Origin: Octopus sinensis | Taxonomy: Eukaryota | Direction of reading: 5' to 3' | NCBI RefSeq assembly: GCF_006345805.1 | Contig: NC_043022.1 | Coordinates: forward strand, 3,162,001-3,226,000 | Length of the DNA stretch: 64,000 bases | In this document: positions 61,628 to 64,000 of the stretch, piece by piece | Position numbering within the stretch: position 1 is the stretch's first letter | Layout of the letters: each line of letters begins with the position of its first letter | Translations under genes and position numbers: made by a program | The notes under the pieces: model-generated | Seen by the model: the letters and a program-made list of their open reading frames with translations, nothing else | Databases searched by the model: none | What the model was told of the DNA's origin: nothing

Positions 61628-62779
61628 CTGTTTCTTTACTACCCACAAGGGGCTAAACACAGAGAGGACAAACAAGGACAGACAAACGGATTAAGTCGAT
61701 TATATCGACCCCAGTGCGTAACTGGTACTTATTTTATCGACCCCGAAAGGATGAAAGGCAAAGTCGACCTCGGCGGAATTTGAACTCAGAATGTAATGGC
61801 AGATGAAATACCTATTTCTTTATTACCCACAAGGGGCTAAACACAGAGGGGACAAACAAGGACAGACATAGGTATTAAGTCGATTACATCGACCCCAGTG
61901 CGTAACTGGTACTTAATTTATCGATCCCGAAAGGATGAAAAGCAAAGTCGACCTCGGCGGAATTTGAACCCAGAACGTAACGGCAGACGAAATACCTATT
62001 TCTTTACTACCCACAAGGGGCTAAACACAGAGAGGACAAACAAGGACAGACATAGGTATTAAGTCGATTACATCGACGCCAGTGCGTAACTGGTACTTAA
62101 TTTATCGATCCCGAAAGGATGAAAGGCAAAGTCGACCTCGGCGGAATTTGAACCCAGAACGTAACGGCAGACGAAATACCTATTTCTTTATTACCCACAA
62201 GGGGCTAAACACAGAGAGGACAAACAAGGACAGACATAGGTATTAAGTCGATTACATCGACGCCAGTGCGTAACTGGTACTTAATTTATCGATCCCGAAA
62301 GGATGAAAGGCAAAGTCGACCTCGGCGGAATTTGAACCCAGAACGTAACGGCAGACGAAATACCTATTTCTTTACTACCCACAAGGGGCTAAACACAGAG
62401 AGGACAAACAAGGACAGACATAGGTATTAAGTCGATTACATCGACGCCAGTGCGTAACTGGTACTTAATTTATCGATCCCGAAAGGATGAAAGGCAAAGT
62501 CGACCTCGGCGGAATTTGAACCCAGAACGTAACGGCAGACGAAATACCTATTTCTTTACTACCCACAAGGGGCTAAACACAGAGAGGACAAACAAGGACA
62601 GACATAGGTATTAAGTCGATTACATCGACGCCAGTGCGTAACTGGTACTTAATTTATCGATCCTGAAAGGATGAAAGGCAAAGTCGACCTCGGCGGAATT
62701 TGAACTCAGAACGTAACGGCAGACGAAATACGGCTACGCATTTCGCCCGGCGTGCTAACGTCTCTGCCAGCTCGCCGCC
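61628..62779 (-). mobile_element. SINE-B hexamer: one head plus six 184-bp bodies
   Basis: TTTCTTTA unit starts at 61631, 61815, 61999, 62183, 62367 and 62551; head ends GCCGCC at 62779. Confidence 0.95.
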
Positions 62780-63136
62780 TATCACCTGTTCACTTATTGT
62801 TTCCAATTAGATTTCTACTTCCTGTCCCTCCGCCATATAATTCTAGCAGAACTAGTAGAGCTCCAGATTAGAAGTGAGTCCTACGGCATATGATCTCATA
62901 CTTCAGTATTCCGAATTCGCGTTCCGTTGGGGGGTCAATTTAGCCTTTCGCCCAGTTTACTATTTACATTGCTAGTGTTATTGTTATTACGCCCAGAGTG
63001 TAAATACGTTTTGCAATGTTTAAATGTTGATCTTCGCTACTTGAAAGTCTGTTCCTTTTCTTCTTTCTGGTTCTGCGACTTAAATAACGACATTACTTTT
63101 AACAAACTAATGTAAATACAGGTCACACGCGTACAA

Positions 63137-63139
<3 letters not shown>

Positions 63140-63167
<28 letters not shown>

Positions 63168-63418
63168 GTGTGTCTGTATATTATGTGTGTGTGTGTGTAT
63201 CAACAAATGTATATGTGTGTATATATTGTATATGTATGTGTGTATCTATATGCGTATTTGAGTGTATATATAGATATATATGCATACATACGTACGTGAA
63301 TGTGTGTTACGTATATATATGTATGTGTTTGTGTGTGTGTTTATATGTATATATCTATATATATGTGTGTATATATGTGTGTGTGTGTGTGCGTGTATAT
63401 GTGTGTGTGTGTGTGTGT
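63140..63418. repeat. (CA)n/(TG)n/(TA)n tract
   Basis: Directly visible. Confidence 0.92.
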
Positions 63419-63748
63419 GAAGGCGTGTGGCTTAGTGGTTAGGACATTCGGCTCACATTCGTAAGGTCGTGAGTTCAATTCCCGGCGATGCATTGTATCC
63501 TTCAGCAAGACACTTTATTTCACTTTATTGCTCCAGTCCACTCAGCTGGCAAAAATGAGTCGTACAAGTAATTCAAAAGGGGCCAGCCTTGTCTCATTCT
63601 GTGTCACCCTGAATCTCTCAGAAAACTACATTAAGGGTACACGTGCCTGTGGAGTACTCAGCCACTTGCACGTTAATTTCACGAACAAGCTGTTCTGTTG
63701 ATCGTATCAGCTGGGACCCTCGTCGTCGCAACCGACGGAGTGCTCCCT
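63419..63748 (+). mobile_element. SINE-G
   Basis: GAAGGCGTGTGGCTTAGTGG head through CCGACGGAGTGCTCC tail. Confidence 0.82.
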
Positions 63749-63781
<33 letters not shown>

Positions 63782-63782
<1 letters not shown>

Positions 63783-64000
63783 CTCTTTTACTCTTTTACT
63801 TGTTTCAGTCATTTGACTGCGGCCATGCTGGAGCACAGCCTTTAGTGGAGCAAATCGACCCCAGGACTTGTACTTTGTAAGCCCAGTACTTATTCTATCG
63901 GTCTCTTTTGCCGAACGGCTAAGTGACGGGGATGTAAACATACCAGCATCGGTTGTCAAGCGATGTTGGAGGGACAAACACAGACACACAAACACACACA
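63782..64000 (-). mobile_element. SINE-A 3' half, cut by the window end
   Basis: Consensus tail. Confidence 0.88.

Overview
Eukaryotic, AT-rich, mostly repeat-derived non-coding window (intron or intergenic). It is most likely from a coleoid cephalopod, probably Octopus; this is inferred from the repeat families and microsatellite load and was not checked against a database. No intact host CDS, rRNA, genuine tRNA or CRISPR array is supported. Content: (1) dozens of tRNA-headed SINE copies in about 7 families (my labels A-G), several with clear TSDs; (2) a decayed Helitron Rep/Pif1-helicase element (about 17.2-20.9 kb), shredded antisense remnants of a second Helitron, and seven non-autonomous Helitron copies, six of which carry a related 3' hairpin+CTAG; (3) MITEs of hAT, piggyBac, Tc1/mariner and an unclassified 8-bp-TSD type; (4) CR1 and RTE LINE remnants and Penelope-like pieces with hammerhead-like cores; (5) long micro- and minisatellites and a 100-N gap. 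The most unusual signals are head-plus-n-body multimers of SINE-B joined at a GGTAT microhomology, a hAT MITE whose left end was amplified 7x together with part of its target site, a foldback MITE, a chimeric Helitron, and one hammerhead core with intact catalytic residues. Several weak candidate exons lie on the minus strand. Nearly all ORFs in the supplied track are repeat artefacts. Boundaries were read by eye; those of old copies are approximate.
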